DNA of 14,275 nt from the NCBI GenBank assembly GCA_964590575.1, contig CAZPWM010000053.1, positions 1 to 14,275 on the forward strand, read 5' to 3'. Numbering within the stretch: position 1 is the first letter of the stretch; each line of letters begins with the position of its first letter. A program made the position numbers and the translations under genes. The DNA comes from an uncultured archaeon (GTDB lineage Archaea; Asgardarchaeota; Thorarchaeia; Thorarchaeales; Thorarchaeaceae). Below are positions 12,884-14,275 of this stretch, in pieces. The notes under the pieces were generated by a model. It was not told the DNA's origin. It was given only the letters and a program-made list of their open reading frames with translations, and did not search any database.

Positions 12884-14112
12884 TTAATCTTACACAAATC
12901 GAGTAATGGTTCAAGACTAACTTCTACATCAATGTTGACTTTCTCATTAAAAGCATCAAGGATTTCAGATTCGATGCGCTTCTTGAACTCTTTTACCTTG
13001 TCAATTTGCCTTGTGATATCATCCCTAATTCGAAGTAAATCATTACTGTGATATTCCAAGTTTTTCGAGGCTTCATTTAGAGCATTTTGAAGTGTTTCAG
13101 TCCGCGAATATACATCAGAACCCGCGTAGGTGTTACGCTTGTTTTCAATTTCCTTTGCTTGATCCTGAAACTTCTGCAAACCACCATTGCGAATTGCTTC
13201 AACTTCTTCAATAGCGCGTCTCGCAAGTCGATCTTTCAAAGGCAGCATCCCATTTTCGATTGCTTTCTGTAATCCAGTCAGTCCCTCAAGAAGCCCAGGA
13301 TATCCATCGGATTCCTCAGTAATCGCTGTATATGGATCTTCAAAGTACTCAGTCAAAGCTTTTTGACCAGCCGGTCCAACTCGAACACCAGTGTCATGTT
13401 GGAAGAATTTCTTTACCTGTTTCTTCAAAGGATTGAGTTTCATTCTTAGGAGACTACTCACATGTTCAGCCTGTTCATCAAGACTAAGCAGCTCTGCAAC
13501 ATTGGAAGCTTTTGTAAATTCAGTATACGCCTTCTTTGCAGTATCAAATTCATTTTGTGCTGTTTCAATCTTTTGACGGACTTGGCGAATCTGCTCTTCG
13601 AACGTTTCTTTGCTGAATGTCAAATCGTGAAGGGTGTCAATACGACCACCGATTCGCTCCAGATCTTTAACCCAACTATATTCGTACAATAGCTTGCCTA
13701 TCTTATTCATTTCTCGAGCTAGTTCTTTCATGTAGGTGTCAAGAGATTTGATCACATTCTTGTAACGCTTGTCCATCCTCCGGATCCACCGGGCTCCAGC
13801 CCCCCACAGTTCTTGAATAAAATGCTGAATTTCGCTCTGCATCGCCTCAGTGTTCTCATATGTAATTTCTTTATCAACATAGAAGTCAGAAACAATCTCG
13901 CCAATTTTCAATGCGAACCTCGCTGCGATACCTCCAGATTCGAGTTCTTCATCATCTTCCTCTTTAAATACCCGTGATACCTCTTCGATGTCCTTCAATG
14001 CGGTTTCTACAATTTTGTAGCTCTTTTCGGCTTGTTTGATGAAATCTTTCGATTTGTTTTGGAGCTGTTTCCGATACCATTTCTGGAGCTGTTCGACAGT
14101 AAGGTTAGTCAT
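12880..14112 (-). CDS. Hypothetical archaeal coiled-coil protein
   Basis: Two coiled-coil arms flanking a central PLKKQVKK...YFEDP...GYPGL region; no ATPase motifs; AGGTGAG RBS at 14121-14127. Confidence 0.85.
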   Translation of the reverse strand: MTNLTVEQLQKWYRKQLQNKSKDFIKQAEKSYKIVETALKDIEEVSRVFKEEDDEELESGGIAARFALKIGEIVSDFYVDKEITYENTEAMQSEIQHFIQELWGAGARWIRRMDKRYKNVIKSLDTYMKELAREMNKIGKLLYEYSWVKDLERIGGRIDTLHDLTFSKETFEEQIRQVRQKIETAQNEFDTAKKAYTEFTKASNVAELLSLDEQAEHVSSLLRMKLNPLKKQVKKFFQHDTGVRVGPAGQKALTEYFEDPYTAITEESDGYPGLLEGLTGLQKAIENGMLPLKDRLARRAIEEVEAIRNGGLQKFQDQAKEIENKRNTYAGSDVYSRTETLQNALNEASKNLEYHSNDLLRIRDDITRQIDKVKEFKKRIESEILDAFNEKVNIDVEVSLEPLLDLCKIK

Positions 14113-14206
14113 AGGACAAACTCACCTGGCCCTGTGAGGATTTTGTGGGTGGTTTATCAACTTTATGAAGTGTGAAATAGTGTATTGCAACCTAGATAGC
14201 ATGATG

Positions 14207-14213
14207 TTTATAT
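14207..14213 (+). promoter_or_regulatory. Putative TATA box (TTTATAT)
   Basis: Canonical archaeal TATA ~45 nt upstream of ATG 14258. Confidence 0.35.
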
Positions 14214-14257
14214 CAGACTATATTCAGTGTTCTGTAGCATTGGTAGCGTGATCAGTC

Positions 14258-14275
14258 ATGTCTGAGACCTTGGAA
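14258..14275 (+). CDS. Possible 5' end of a divergent gene (MSETLE...)
   Basis: ATG preceded by GTGAT RBS-like sequence and a TATA box; open to the window edge but only 6 codons visible. Confidence 0.35.

Noticed and set aside
12880-12894. C-terminal CKIK as a CaaX prenylation motif
   Set aside because: Lys at the a1 and X positions does not fit CaaX, and no prenyltransferase gene is in the window.
12454-13692. Short alternative ORFs overlapping dtdA and the coiled-coil gene
   Set aside because: Fully nested in well-supported genes, with no independent coding signal.
1-14275. CRISPR array, tRNA/rRNA, transposase, integrase or prophage genes
   Set aside because: No regularly spaced DNA repeats, cloverleaf motifs or mobile-element proteins seen; intergenic gaps are short.

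Overview
Gene-dense archaeal chromosomal window, most likely from an Asgard archaeon and possibly Thorarchaeia. That assignment is an inference from the archaeal DTD2, TrmB-type domains, GGTGA/GGAGG ribosome-binding sites, BRE-TATA promoters and a Ras/Rab-like fold. Housekeeping genes are a partial YkgJ Cys-cluster protein, a class I PLP aminotransferase, a DUF362 protein, a ThiF/MoeB E1-like enzyme, a RimI/Ard1 acetyltransferase and D-aminoacyl-tRNA deacylase. They are interleaved with uncharacterised minus-strand genes that form the main candidate system. Unit one is a Rab/Ras-like pseudo-GTPase with all G motifs degenerate and a Lys-rich tail, followed by an acidic, polyproline, disordered protein. 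Unit two is a segmented coiled-coil protein, a Cys-cluster protein and a ~1300-aa TrmB-like protein whose HTH and effector domains are separated by a ~1100-aa rod with 11/22-residue periodicity. The two units share a 15/16-nt identical upstream element, and a CAATATT(G/T) motif precedes three consecutive genes of unit two. I saw no RNA genes, CRISPR arrays or mobile elements.
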